Shown here piece after piece: positions 23,644 through 37,581 of a stretch of 64,000 nt of DNA. Source of the stretch: Cycas panzhihuaensis (lineage: Eukaryota > Plantae > Cycadophyta); assembly GCA_023213395.1 (NCBI GenBank), contig CM041465.1:89721741-89785740 (forward strand). The letters are read 5' to 3'. Each line of letters opens with the position of its first letter. Within the stretch, counting starts at the first letter, position 1. Under the pieces are notes generated by a model. That model was not told the origin of the DNA and did not search any database. It was given only the letters and a program-made list of their open reading frames with translations. Both the position numbers and the translations under genes were made by a program.

Positions 23644-24478
23644 TGTTTATTTACGTTTGTTAAAAGTGTGCAAAAAGAGCTTTGGGAACCTACAGGCCAC
23701 CACCATCCATCTAAGTTGTCCACGAGCTGACACTCTTCAAGGTACATATATTTTATTGTTATATTTTATTATTATTTTAATTTTTTTAATTCTTGGTTGA
23801 GACAAGCTCTACCCACCTCCCAAACTATATATATAAGGGGCTGAGTACCCCGATGTTTAACACCACCTTCAAAGCTCAAGATTATGTTGATTTTTAGTAT
23901 GGATTAATGTTATTTACTACTTTGCTCTATCTCTAGATCTCTCATTTGGTATTAGATCAAGTGTATATGATGTACAACAAGTTTATTATTGTATATTTAC
24001 TTAGTTTATAAAGTTTTATCAATATTTCTTATATAGTTTTTATTAAATATTTGATTATTCTAACTTGTACACTCTATTTTAAGCATTATTCTCTAGATTT
24101 TTATAGCCACAACTGGAGTAGATAGCCTAGCATTCATTTGGAGATTTTATATCTGTATTTCATCAAAATTTTTATAAGTTTTTAAATCCTTTTTCATCAT
24201 TTTGTGAGGTTGCTACCCCTTACCTAGCCTTCATCAGGCTAGCGCTCTCTCCATAGTAAATGAAACTGCTTCAAGTCACTGCTCCTTGGAATCCTCTATG
24301 AGTTAGCTTCACAACATAACTGATAGTTTAAGAAATTGTTACTTTTGCATAAAGATCTCCCTCCTGAAAGCCCAATCACTCATTCTAGTCATTGAAACCC
24401 CTACTACTCCTCTTATAATCTACTTGTTTTTCTTTCATTTCTCTTCAGATCACTTTGTAATAGGGTAGTAGACCTAAT
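23644..24478 (+). mobile_element. Older relative of the 24479 copia family: LTR (23644-23862) plus leader fragment
   Basis: Shares LTR motifs (GGCCACCACC, CAAGGTA, T-rich block, GAGTACC, TTTAACA) and the following CCACCTTC with 24479-24728. The downstream leader is loosely similar. Confidence 0.65.
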
Positions 24479-27400
24479 TATTAGAATAATATCCATTATA
24501 TAGAAACATGTGTGAGAGGTACCTTGGGAAGCTGCGGGCCATCACCAACTGACCTTGAGCCATCTCAAGCTAACCTTAAGCCACCTGCTAACTAACAAGG
24601 TAAGTTTTATGTTTTAATTTATTATTTTTTTTATTTTTTACTAATGTTAAGTTGAGGCGGTCTCCTACCTCCCCAAAATCTCTTTATATATTGAGAGTAC
24701 CTCCTTGGTGTTTTTTAACACCACCTTCCTTTCTTGGAGATTTGATTAATTTTTTTAAGTTATGGTTTAGTATGTAAACGATTTACTCTATCCTCACTCC
24801 AACATTTAATATCACCACTCGATTTGATAAGTCTATGTGAAGCAATCAATACTATTTGATAATATAAAGGTTATTATATAGTTTTGATTTAATTTTATTA
24901 AGAGCTTTTGGATCTACAACTTTGTATAAAGCATGTGTACATCCACATTATTGTATGAATTTCTACAACTCCCATGATTAAAATGAGCTTATTTCTTATA
25001 GGATTCTCAGCCTTAATTATCCTATCATGATCTAGAGTAGCTTTGTTAAGTTCTTTTTAAGATTTCTATTGTTTTTTCATCATTTTTTAAAGTTTTCAAG
25101 TTGATATAGCTTATCTTATCTTTAACAATCTACTACTCATTTATATTATGACTACTTGAATTGATCTTGGCTGAGTCTTCTCTTTAATAGTGAAGACAGT
25201 TTGAAATTTTATCAAGCCTTTGCCAAGATATTACTCTTGGAAGCTTAGTGTCCTCACAGTTTTTATAAAACCTCACTAATTGTCCCTCTATTTTTTTGCC
25301 TATTTATTCATTTTTTCTTTAATTTTTTGTCATATCCTTGTATGTCCAGGTCCTACACCCTCCTCAAATCTATTCATCAAATTCTTTAGCTCTCCCATAG
25401 ATTGATTTGATCGATTCTATAGGTAAAAAGCATATTCTAATTGATTTAAGGCCATTACATTTGAAAGTTTGAAGGTGCATTATAGTGCATAACTATAAGT
25501 TTATTTTTGGCTCTTTTAAGTATCTCAAGGTGTGTTTCATTACATAACTACATGATTACTTCATAAGCCTTTATTTTTAGATTCATATAAATATTATCTT
25601 TTGAAAGGATCATTGTTTGAATATTATTTTTATTCCAAAATGATATATGCGTTACAATTTTTAAGGAATTATTTAGCTATTTTGATTAAAAAGGAATTTG
25701 ATGTACTTTTTACAATATGGATTGAATACAATATTTGAATGTGTATTTATAATATGGCTTGAATACATGTGTTCATCTGCTCCACTCTCATCTCCAATGA
25801 GCCTATAAACCTTCTTAGGGACTAGGACACTTATCAAACTTTATTTTAGATAACTATAACTTTAAGGACATTTTATTAAAAAGATATTTATCAAGACTTT
25901 AGTTAAGATACAATGGTAGCTAATTTTGACAACATGATTATTCCTAAGTTTGATGAATCTAATTTCTTAAAATAAAGTAGGAAGATGAGACCCATCCTCA
26001 TCACTAAAGACATGTGGGATATTGTGAGAGTAGGATACATAAAACTAAGACAAAATACAATCGATCCAGAGAAACTAGCATTCAAAGAAAATGCAAAGAA
26101 GGATAATAAGACCCTTGCATTAATATTTTGTGACCTAGAGGATCACATATTTCTTAGGATAAGTAAGGTAACAAAATCTAAGGAAGCTTAGAACACCTTA
26201 CAACTAATTTATAAAGGGGTAGCTTCATCCAAGTTACAAACTTTGGAAAGTAGGTTTGAGATCTTAAGGATGATGCCTAACGAATCAATTATAAAATTCA
26301 TGACCAAGGTTCAAGTCCTTATTAATCGGATGAGATTCCTTGGAGAAACATTAACTAAACAAAGGGTTGTTAAGAGAATTATAAGATGTGTTAGTGAAGT
26401 AAAAAGATTTGAAATGGTGGCAACTGATATAGAGGTGTCAAAGGATTTGAGTATCTTGAAAACTAAATAACTAAGTGCCATGTTAATGGAAGTTGAGGAG
26501 AAGAAGAATATAAATGAGTCACATGAGTATGCCTTTGTAACCAAGACAAGGATATAATCAAACTCACAAGCTAGAACCTCTAAATCTAAGGACTAATCCC
26601 CAAGGGGGAGAGAAGGAAACCCTAAACAAGAAATATGTTAAGAAAAGCAAGCAATATATCAAGCTCTACATCAAAGACATCAAGGAGAAAACTAAAGGAA
26701 TCCTAGCCATAATCGATATCAAAGTCAATAAAGACACCATAGGGTAAATCAATGTTGCCATAATTGCCAAGGGCACATGCATTCTTAAAAGACCAACTTT
26801 AACTATCCTAATAATAGATAGAGGGATAACCAAGCTCTATATTTAGAAAGAGAAAAACCATATAATATTGATAGAACTAATCCTCATAGTAGGAGTCTTA
26901 GTTATGGGAGAAGGGACTCACTTCACTACTCATTTTACAATAGAGTTGGTCACATAGAAGATAAATATTTTGCCAAGAATGGTCCACCCACTAAGGGAAG
27001 TGCCAACACATTTGTAGAAATAAAGGAGAATGATCAACTATTCTTATCAAGTTTTATTAGTCATGAGGAAGAAGATGACAGTTGGTATATTGATTCCAGT
27101 TATTCCACCCATGACCCACAAATAAGATATATTTTAACCCATGGATAGAACTAGAAAAAGGTCTATTATATTTGGAGATGACACCTCTCATAAATCTATT
27201 GGTAGAGGTAATATTATCCTAAAGACTAAAGTAGGTGAATATTGACATCTTAATGATGTACTCTATGTTCCAACCTTGAAAAAGAATATTTTATTAGTAA
27301 CACAAATGATGGATCAAGATTACAAAATTATATTTGGCAATGGTGAATGCACCATTAAGGATAAAAGAAAGAATAAGGTGGTAGTTGTTAAAGGTGAAAT

Positions 27401-30396
27401 GACCAAAGATAGACTCTTTAAGCTAGTTCTCACCCCATTCAGATAACTATTCTTTAAGAATTATAATCAAACTTGACAGTGATATATGGCATAAGAGATT
27501 TGGTTATTTAAACTATAATAATTTGGCACTTATAAAGAAAATAGACATGGTTGATGGGTTACCTCACATTGAAGTGGATAATAATATTTGTGAAGGGTGT
27601 CTCCTAGGAAAAAAACATAGAGAAATTTTTTCGAATGGTAGTTATAGAGCAAAAGGGTCACTCCATCTAGTCTATATAGATCTTAATGGTCCCATGGATG
27701 TTCCTTCACTAGTAGGTGCTAAACATTTTCTTATATTCATTGATGACTATACAAGGAAAACTTGGGTCTACTTCTTAAAGTTTAAGTTTGATGCTTTCCA
27801 ACACTTTGTTGATTTTAAAACCTTTGTGGAGACACAAAGTATACATAAGATACTCCTCTTAAGATTATACAATTGGAGATAGTTTATCTTAAATGAGTTT
27901 AAGACCTACTGTACACATCATGGCATTAGGAGACAACTCACAAATCCTTATACCCCTCAACAAAATAGGGTGGCTAATAGAAAGAATCAAATCATAGTTG
28001 AGATAGATAAGTGCATGTTGAAAGATAAAAGATTAGGACATGAATTCTAGGATGAGGCTATCCACACAACTATTTATTTACTCAATAGATGTACCACCAA
28101 AGCCCTTAGGTGGATGACACCTGAAGAATCATGGACTAGATATAAACCTAGTATCCACCATTTAAGAGTTTTTGGTTGCCTATCTTATGTCCATTTCCTT
28201 GAACAAAAGATGACTAAGCTAGATGATAACAGTAACAAATATGTATTTATTAGCTACAATGATGCTTCCAAATCCTATAAAGTTTATGATCCAAAAACAT
28301 GAAAATTCATAGTGAGTAGGGATATTACATTCTAAGAAAATGATTGTTATCACATTGATTATGATTAAGACAAAGGAAAAAGTGTTATGATAAACCTTGA
28401 TTCAACCACTAGGTCCACATATATACCACCTAAGTAGGACCCAAGACAAACTATTGATGTACCAAGTAGGGAGGGAACCTCCTCTCAACCTCTACCATAA
28501 AGATTTCCTAGATGATTTCAAAGGAACCATAATATGCTATTTTAGACAATGATTATACTAAAAGATCCATTCATTCCCATAGGATGAATTTTTCCATTAT
28601 GAGTCAAGTCATGGAGACTCATGAGCCTCATGCCTTTGACGAGGCTAACACACATGATGATTTGAGAAAATCCATGGAAGAGGAATATAATTCCATAGTG
28701 AAAAATGATACATGGGAACTGATTGACCTTCCTCCCAACAAAAAAGCTATTAGTACCAAATGGATCTATAAGACTAAATTATGATCTAATGGATCAATTG
28801 ATAAATATAAGGCTAGACTCATAGCCAAAGATTATGCCTAAAGGGAGGGCGTAGACTATAGCTAAACCTTTGCTCCTATCACACACATAAAAATTGTTCG
28901 CATGATGTTGAGTTTGGTTGCACAAGAGGGATAAGATGTTCACCAAATGGATGTCAAAAGTGCATTTCTTAATGGGTATATTGAATAAGATATTTGTGTC
29001 TATTAACCCAAAGGTTTTAAAGTTAGGGCGGAAGAAGACAAAGTGTACAAGCTAAAAAAGTCACGTTGTGGACTAAAACAAGCACCCAAGGCATGGTACT
29101 CCTAAATCGATAAATACTTTAGAGACTAAGGATTTGAAAGAACCCAATTGGATCCAAATTTATACATCAAGATCAAAGGAGACTCCATCCTAATAGTGAG
29201 ACTTTATGTAGATGATCTTATCTACATAGAAAATGACTTCCATCTTTCACAAAAATTTAAGGATAATATGTGTAAGGAGTTTGAAACGATAGATTTGGGC
29301 TTGATGCATTACATCTTAGGTTTGGAAGTGTGGCAAGACAAAGACGACATTTTCATTTCCTAAAGAAAGTATACCTTGGACTTACTCCAAAAGTTCAAGA
29401 TGAATGATTACAAAGCCCTAACCATACATGCTAAAGTTGGTATCAATTTATCTAAACTTGATGATTCTGCACTAGTGGTTCCTACTCTCTATAGATAATT
29501 AATTGGTAGCCTGATTTATCTAATATTAATATGACCTGGCATTATGTAGGCAATCAATGTAGTTTTAAGATTCATGCAAGATCCTAAGTCCACACATTGG
29601 CAAGCAGCTAAGAGGATCTTATGATACTTAAAGGGTATAATAGAATATGGGTTATACTATAAATCTTTACCAAACCTTAGGTTGATGGGATATACAGACT
29701 CTAATTAGGCAAGATATATTGATGATAGGAAATCTAGTTTAAGATATACATTTAGGTTAGGTTCAGCATCTATAGCATGGAGCACAATGAAACATAATAT
29801 CATTTTCCTATCTACAGTAGAAGTAGAGTACGAATCAATAATTTTACGAGTATATGAGATAATATGGTTATGACGACTCCTCTAAGATCTTTAGATGGAA
29901 TAGAAAGGCCTAACTAAGATTTAGTATGATAATTAAAGCACCATTTAGATGACTTAGAATCTAGTTTTTCATGGTAGAACTAAGTACATTAAAACTCAGC
30001 ATCACTTCATTCAAGAATTAGTCCAAGTAGGTGAAATTGAGTTGGTATATTATAGTACAGAAGACCAAATAACAAATATCTTCACAAAGTTATTGGGAAG
30101 AATCAAGTTCCATAAATTTAGAGATAAACTTGGAGTTTTACACAATAGACATTATTAGGGAGAATATTAGAATAATGTTCATTATATAGAAACATGTGCA
30201 AGAGGTGCTTCGAGAAGCTGTGGGCCACCACCAACTAACCTTGAGCCCCCTTAAGTTACCCACTAGCTGACAAGGTAAGTTTTGTAATTTTAATTTATTA
30301 TTTTTAAAAATTTTTACTAACCTTGGGTTGAGGCTGTCTCCTGCCTCCCCAAAATATATTTATACATGGGGAGTACCTCCCTGGTATTTTTTAACA
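24479..30396 (+). mobile_element. Degenerate full-length Ty1/copia element with non-canonical PBS
   Basis: LTRs 24479-24720 and 30165-30396, PPT AGGGAGAA before 30165. Gag from 25913 (IPKFDESNF), protease WYIDSS.STH, integrase CEGCLLGK..FIDDYTRKTWVYF, RT LYVDDL, RNase H to about 30145. Confidence 0.92.
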
Positions 30397-31299
30397 CTAG
30401 GCTTTATAGTGCCTTTAACTACTCTTCCATAACTTCTACATTCATTGGCATAGCTTAAAAGAGATTTATTAGGTTCTTATTCGCTTTATAATCTTTAAAT
30501 AAACTTTAAATAGTGAAAAAAAAAAGGCCTCACATAGGTTCTAATCATCTTTCAACTTTCTCCACATCAACATTCAATGACTTTGGAGTATTTCTCTTGT
30601 TACCTCATGATCTTTAAATGACCTTTAAATGGCTTAAAAAAATGTCTCACATAGCCTTTTATTCAATTCAACTCTAAACCTACTCTAGCTCAGTTACATA
30701 TCTCCATCAACTATGATATAATATGAAGAAACATTCATACATATTTTCTTAACTACAAGATCTTGATTATACACAATAAGTATTTAGAAAATAGTGCATA
30801 GGTATTTATATGGGAAACCTTTATGGGAGAAAATCCATAGTCAAACTCATAATAAATTCATTATATTAAAATATTGCATGGACTTGTGACCTATTAGGAT
30901 CACTCAACCTTGGTGGTTAAGCTTATTAGGGCCTGATGCATCTTAGTATGTCATACATCATTCATGTTCAATATTTGATAACCTATATAGGATTCATATT
31001 TATAATATCCTAAGAGGTACATCTAACTAATGTTTGTGACTCATAATTATGTCCTATGACCTTTTGTCATGTCTCATAACTCTTTATTATGTCTAGTTGA
31101 ATCCTCAATACCCATATCTCTTTGTATTTAGTTAATCCACATAAGTCATTAACCTAATATAAAATTAGCTTCAACTAAGTTTCCTAATATATCATGTGAT
31201 TATAATCCTAAAATCTATGTACCAAATATTTATCTCACCAAAAGATAATGTTGATACTAAAAATAATAAATACTCATCTAATTTATCACTTAAATCATT

Positions 31300-33283
31300 A
31301 ATATTTTATGCACTACCTTACATTATATTACCTTAGAGTCGTTATTTTTTCCTTGCAAATCAAATTAGACATAACCACCAAGGATTATATTGCTTTTGAA
31401 AGTTTCATCTTTTGAAGTTCCTTTTTGTTATTATTATTATTGTCATTGTTATTAAATAGATTTAAGAGTATGCTTGTTTCTCCTTAGTGCATGTCTTCTT
31501 ATCTTCAACATTAGAGAAACATCTTCTGAATCCCTTTCTAGAAACATCATTCTTCTTAGTTCTTCTGAAAGAAATTTTTTATATAATTAAAGTAGGTAAA
31601 GTTACCCTAGCTATAATTCTTGATAAATATCCTATGGTTTTTTAAAAAACCATTCAAGATAATGAGAAGAAGATCTTTATTAGGAATATGATCATCAATT
31701 TCATGCAATTAATTTCTAATGTCTCTAATCTTGTTAATATAAGAAAAGATACTCTCACCATCCATTATCCTGATCATCTTAAAATTAAATCTTAATAACA
31801 TCATCCTAGATGTGTTGGTGGATTGACATAAAGACTTAAGTTTGTCCCATAATTAATTAGAAATATCTAATAATTTTGCATGCATAATAAGATGAGATCT
31901 AGGATTGATAGAAATGATCATTCTTATAAGGTTATCCTTCTTTTCCTAATCTACAATGTCTACATGATGAGCAAGTCTTTGTTTAGTACCATTAATATAT
32001 TTAAAAAGCTCTTTTCCCTTTAATAGCATATACATGAAAAAACATAATTATAAAAGCAAGAACTATCTTCCAACTTATCATAATCAAATAATTTATACAA
32101 GGGATCCATATCCTAAGAGAAGAAAGTGATCAAAATAATAAAATAATTTTAATAGCATAAATTAGTTTAGAGTTTTGACCAAATATTATGATTAGTAAAA
32201 TATTTATAACTTTTTTTATAGATGTTAAATTGAGATGAAGTTTTAGGAGGTGATAAAGGATTCCAAGATGCTCCTCTATAAAATTATGGGTTAACACATT
32301 GATTATGCAACTTGTATGAACTCTCTCAATATTTAATAATATCCTTCACTAAAATACTTATATTTTTCTCCCTATATGTCATATTGAGATGAAATTTTAG
32401 GAGTGTTTAAGGACTCAACAACACTTCTCCTTATAAAATTTTAGGTCAATTTGTTAACTATATGGCTTATATGATCTCCTTCAATTTAACCCTATCAAAA
32501 CCAACCATAAATTTATATGTAAAGATAAAATCTATATCTATGAAACTAATCAAGTTTTAGTTTATCAATCTCATAAAATAAGAGTGGCTAAACTCTAATA
32601 CATTAAAGTAATAGTAGCCTAACTTTTATACCATGCTAAACAATTGATAGATTTCATAGAAAATTAAATATTCTTTCTCTATCCATTCCCTAATTTAAGA
32701 ACACAAATAAAATCAACTATAATTAACACTTAATATTATAGATTTAAATAAGATCTTAAATATTAGGCAATAACTTAAATAAAATTACTTTGAATTTACT
32801 CAAAACTAATATTCACCTAATAGAGAAATTTTAAAAAAATCATAAACTTAAAATTTCTCTCTAAAATTTAATTCCATTCTCTTATATTTAAACTCATTAA
32901 ACTATTTAGTACAATTGTATATATAAGAAGCTCTCCTAACTCTAGCTAAAATCCTCTCCTTATCCTTTTGCATGTAAGATATAAATACATAATAAGGAAC
33001 TTAGTCTCAACATAAATTCAAACGTGGGAGGAAGATATGAGATTTATTAGAAATAGTATGTATGCACGTGCGTGTGTTTAAAAAATGAATTAGTTATCAT
33101 GACAACTAGTTAAACATAACTAAAAGCCGTATCTAACTACTAGCTTAAGCTCTAGTGAACTTTATAATTTAAGTCCCTTAGAGATTATATAAAATTTTAA
33201 ATTTAGTGAATGAAAAAATATAAGAAAATATAAATGATAAAATATGAAGTACTAAAATGTATAAGGATCACCTCATTCCAACA
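31300..33283 (-). mobile_element. 5' fragment of a copia-like element (LTR about 32603-33283, doubled PBS, leader, gag remnant)
   Basis: Minus strand starts TGTTGGAATGAGG at 33283. PBS remnants at 32622-32633 and 32592-32602. Gag from about 32109 (MDPLYKLFDYDKLE...MLLKGKELFKYINGT...EKKDNL). Two ~100-bp leader repeats at about 32230 and 32383. Confidence 0.65.
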
Positions 33284-33289
33284 ATAAAT

Positions 33290-34576
33290 ACTAGAGAATT
33301 TTTTTAATTCTTATAGGTTCCCTTTTAGGTTTGGTACCTCATTAACTAAAATATAGGCTTATAACATTAATAAAGTGAAAAAGAAATAACATAGCCAACT
33401 AGGTTTCTATAATTAGTAGGAAGATATTATATTTGCTCTAAAATATAGATAGCCATGTATATTTGCTACTCCTCATGTTGGGTTCTATTTGTTGCTATCT
33501 ATGAGAGACTAACTAAGGTACTTTATTCCTTCTTATAACTCCTAAGAGAAGGGAGAAAAGGCTTTAATAAAGTAAGCTAGTAGACCTACTACATGTCTAA
33601 GGAGGATGGTGGGATGAGAATCTTTAATATTTAGCACCAAAGTAAGCTCCATATGTAATATGGATATTCAAAGCAAGAGAAGGTAATAAACATTAGAAAT
33701 CCCTTCTCAAACAAAATCTTAATAAAGTTAGCCTAACTAGCTTTTGTAATTTTATATTAAATTTCCATATAACATTTATCTCCTTAGTTTTTATAAGGTG
33801 CATATCTCTTCCATCTTCAAAACTCTATGGAAAACCTGGGAGAGTTATAAGAAATAGTTTATATGAGAGGTGAGGAGCCTAAGAAAGGGTTCTCATTCAT
33901 CCAACACTCCATATAATGGTTATTATTGATTTAGAAAGATTAAAAGTTCTTATGCTAGTCACTATGGTTCAAAGCCCATCATCTCTATGAGAAGAGGCTA
34001 CTAATGATTAAAAATATGTTTGACAAGGGATATGACTACTAAAGATATAAAGTATACTAAAACATGATTTTTGCCTAAATAACTCTGATAATTTCATTAT
34101 AAAAGAAGTCCAGTAGTATTGTCTAATTGTCTAGATCATTAATTTAGCCAATAATGGTAATAAAAGGTGGTGTAAGGAATGTTCATTAGATGCCTCTAGA
34201 CTATTCACTAAATTTACTGCCTTGTATATGCATAAGTTGATGAAATCATGTAATAAGGTGTTTATTAGGATCAATAATATCTATATCATAGCAAGTATTA
34301 GATTTAATATAGGTAGTTTTGGTAGTTGTAGAAAGCCCTTATAAAGCCCAAGAAAGAGTTCTTTGCCTAGTCACTAACGAAAAATGACCTACTTATTAAA
34401 GTTAAGTTGGTCAAACTAAGATAGTTAGACCTCTCTTATACATTATATGGTAACTAGGAAATACCTCTACACATTTTTAGGCAATGCCTACTAGTTAAGT
34501 AAGCATGGGTTTAGGTGAGCAATTTTACTAAATTAGTTATATATAATTGGATCATCTTGACCAATGTCATAAAAGG
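33290..34576 (+). mobile_element. Degenerate L1-like LINE ORF2 3' region (continues at about 52085-52190)
   Basis: KVS*...MSKEDGGMRIFNI resembles the post-RT motif W..vC.PK..GGLG. An eroded E...H.F..C......W zinc-finger motif lies at about 34440-34510, and an eroded LW.IWK.RN..IF-like motif appears after 52085. Confidence 0.55.
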
Positions 34577-34994
34577 CATTTCCTTAATTTTAGGCCTTTA
34601 TTCAAAATCTAGGAATCGTAGATATGAATTATTTCCTTGCTCATTAGATATGTATTTTCTACTTCTCATTTTGTTAATGTTGTATTTGATTACTTGCATT
34701 TACTTGTCATCTTGTCTTATGTAGTATTATGATTAAGTATTTATTTAGTTTACTTATGAATATTATATTTTTCTCATAATGATAATGTCTCTAGTTGTAA
34801 GAATTTAGAATTTAACTCTAATACTATATTGGAACATACTCATTATGTGTAATAGAAGTATATCGAATATATATAATGTATCAATCATATCATGAGGAAT
34901 GGATGCAATTCATGTATGTGAAATCAATATATCAAGCAATAACATGAATATAAAGTATAAATATCAGAAAGCATGCATACACCACAAGAGAGAT

Positions 34995-35022
34995 TATATA
35001 TATATATATATATATATATATA
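34995..35022. repeat. (TA)14 microsatellite inside an LTR
   Basis: Read directly; the sister LTR has only a short TATATAT at about 44736-44742. Confidence 0.95.
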
Positions 35023-37581
35023 ACCCAGTGTGGAAAAATCTATGGGAGAAAATTGGAGTTAGGAGCTCCTTTTTATGATGAATGAATTATATCCCCAAGT
35101 CAATCTTCTTTTCTCTACCTTTCTCAAGTTCTCAAGTGGTGTGTGTATATTTTTATATGAATAGTTACCTCATGAATAGCCTATAATATCTTTTGAACTA
35201 TTTTATTATCCAATAAGATATTTACATAAATAAGTGTACATATCACTTCTCTTAATGCTTTTGTATAAGTAGGATTTTATGTGAGTCCACTATTATTTAT
35301 ATTAAATATTAGATATATGAATAATTATATATTCCAACACTTCCCCTTAATGATTAATATCTTTAAGTCTTCATCTTCAACCTTGGTCTTTATTCTTTCC
35401 CTATATGCTAGATTCTATAACTTATAGAATGTATCAATTTGTATCAAGTTGTATCACATGTAACCTATAATCAAGCCATTCTATAATTAGTTGTGATCAT
35501 TAGTGACTAGCTATGACCTTCCACTTGTAAAACCTATAAATCAATCATCAATCAACCAAACAACTAATCTCAATTTCATGACTTCTACTTGTTATATTTA
35601 TATGAAGTTTTCTTCTTAATAACTTTATATATTTACCTATAAAGTTATTGTAAAAGATAAACATTTTCAACCTACTATCTCAATAATAAAACTAATTACT
35701 AATGTCTATATAAAATAATAACCATCTACCAAAATATAAGGGTAACCAGTTATTATAAATGCCAATTCTCTAAGATATGTTTCTTATATGTAGTTCATTA
35801 ACAAACAAAAATAATACTAATTATTAGAAAAAATACTATTACAAGAGTAGCATAAAATCTTGTACCTCTTGTATATAAGAATAACAACACAATTTGTGTA
35901 TTGTACAAGAGTAGTCTCATTCATTTCACCTTTTATGTATGAGTAAATAACTTGCATATTGCCTTCATTCATACTTCTACACATACCTTCTGCAACTTTC
36001 TTTTAATAACTAATAAATAACTCATCAATAGTATTCAATTATCTAAACATACTAACTCCAGGAATAAGGCATATTGCTTGACAAAGTTAAGTTAGTTATA
36101 ATAAGGTAATATAAATAATATATTCTTGTACCTCTTATTATTTATAGTAAGTTAGATTTTTCACTAATAAACACATATCTAATATGAATTGTACTTCTTA
36201 TCAGTTGAATTTGGTATGCCAATTCAATAATATATGAGACTTCTTCTCCATGTCTTATAAACAAGTGTAAATAACAAATCAACTTATCTCTTTAATATTA
36301 AACAAACATCAATCAATGAGCCCTTCATTAATATTAAGTATTGTCATCAATCATAATTCATCAATAAACCAAATGATCATTGCATTTGATTAGTAGATCT
36401 CTTCACTAAATTACATGTAATAAATACCAAGTGGAATTTTCATCATGTCTAGTATAACTGAGATTTCCATATTAAATTATTCATCAAATGTGTCCAACAT
36501 CATGAATCTTTCATTAATTTTGAGCCATAAACTATTATAAATGAGCCTTTAATGTGTTATTTTAAACTAAACTTACTTTTTCTTTCTTTAATTATCATTA
36601 ATATCATCATTATGCAATTGAGAGCCTTTAAATACATTAAAAAATGCCAAAATAGATTTTAAAAGCCTAAAAAAATATGTCTTTTATGATGTCAAAACTA
36701 TTTCTATCAATTCTTCCTATTAAAATCTCTATCTTCTAATTTTTGAAATATGCCTTGTGACTACTCATTTCAGCTACTTCAAAATTCTCTTTCCAACACA
36801 ATTAATAATTCAAAAATTAGACTCCTTGATGAAAAATTATAATCAAAATAATCACAGTATATCATAAAAAATTAAACATTCCTTAAGAAAATGAATTTAG
36901 CTTCTTTGACTAGGCTTCTAGCCACATTAACTCCTTTATGTGATTGATTACTAATGGCTTAAGGGCTTATTGATGGACTTTATAAAAGATTTAATTTGAT
37001 TAAATGTATCAAAATATCACATCTATTTAATAGCATATATGTATTCATTTTGTTTCATATCAATTGGTATAAGTTTATTACATATTTCACATCAATCATT
37101 TACTAATAGAATAAGGTCTCATGATGCTTAACATGCCTTTAACTAAGTATGTTTTCTACTACTAATTATAAAATCAGGTGAGAGGGGTAGTCTCATAGAA
37201 TTTTAATCATTTCTATAAGAGGGTAGCCTGTATTGGTGAGTGCAACTAGTAACAGTTCTCCTCATTACATAATCTTGGTGGAATTGATTCATACCTACAT
37301 GGTCTATAGAATATGAATTAACATGTTAAAAATAAATGTCCATATAAATCAATAAATAACATATCATTAATTTGTATTATTCATCATGTAGCTTCATCAT
37401 CTATATGTAACTTTAAATCATCTTCATCTTGCCCCAGAATCTCAATCATATATTAATAGCATAATTAGCTTTTGGATTATCAAAACACATCTTAAATTTA
37501 CTGTGATACTAGCTTTATCATTAGTTCTATACTAGATTTGTACTTACATACTATTGTCTCAACTAACTTATGTATAGGCTT

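Noticed and set aside
30700-31260. Solo LTR related to the 34796 family
   Set aside because: It shares only a short ATGGGAGAAAA motif, and neither termini nor a TSD could be fixed.
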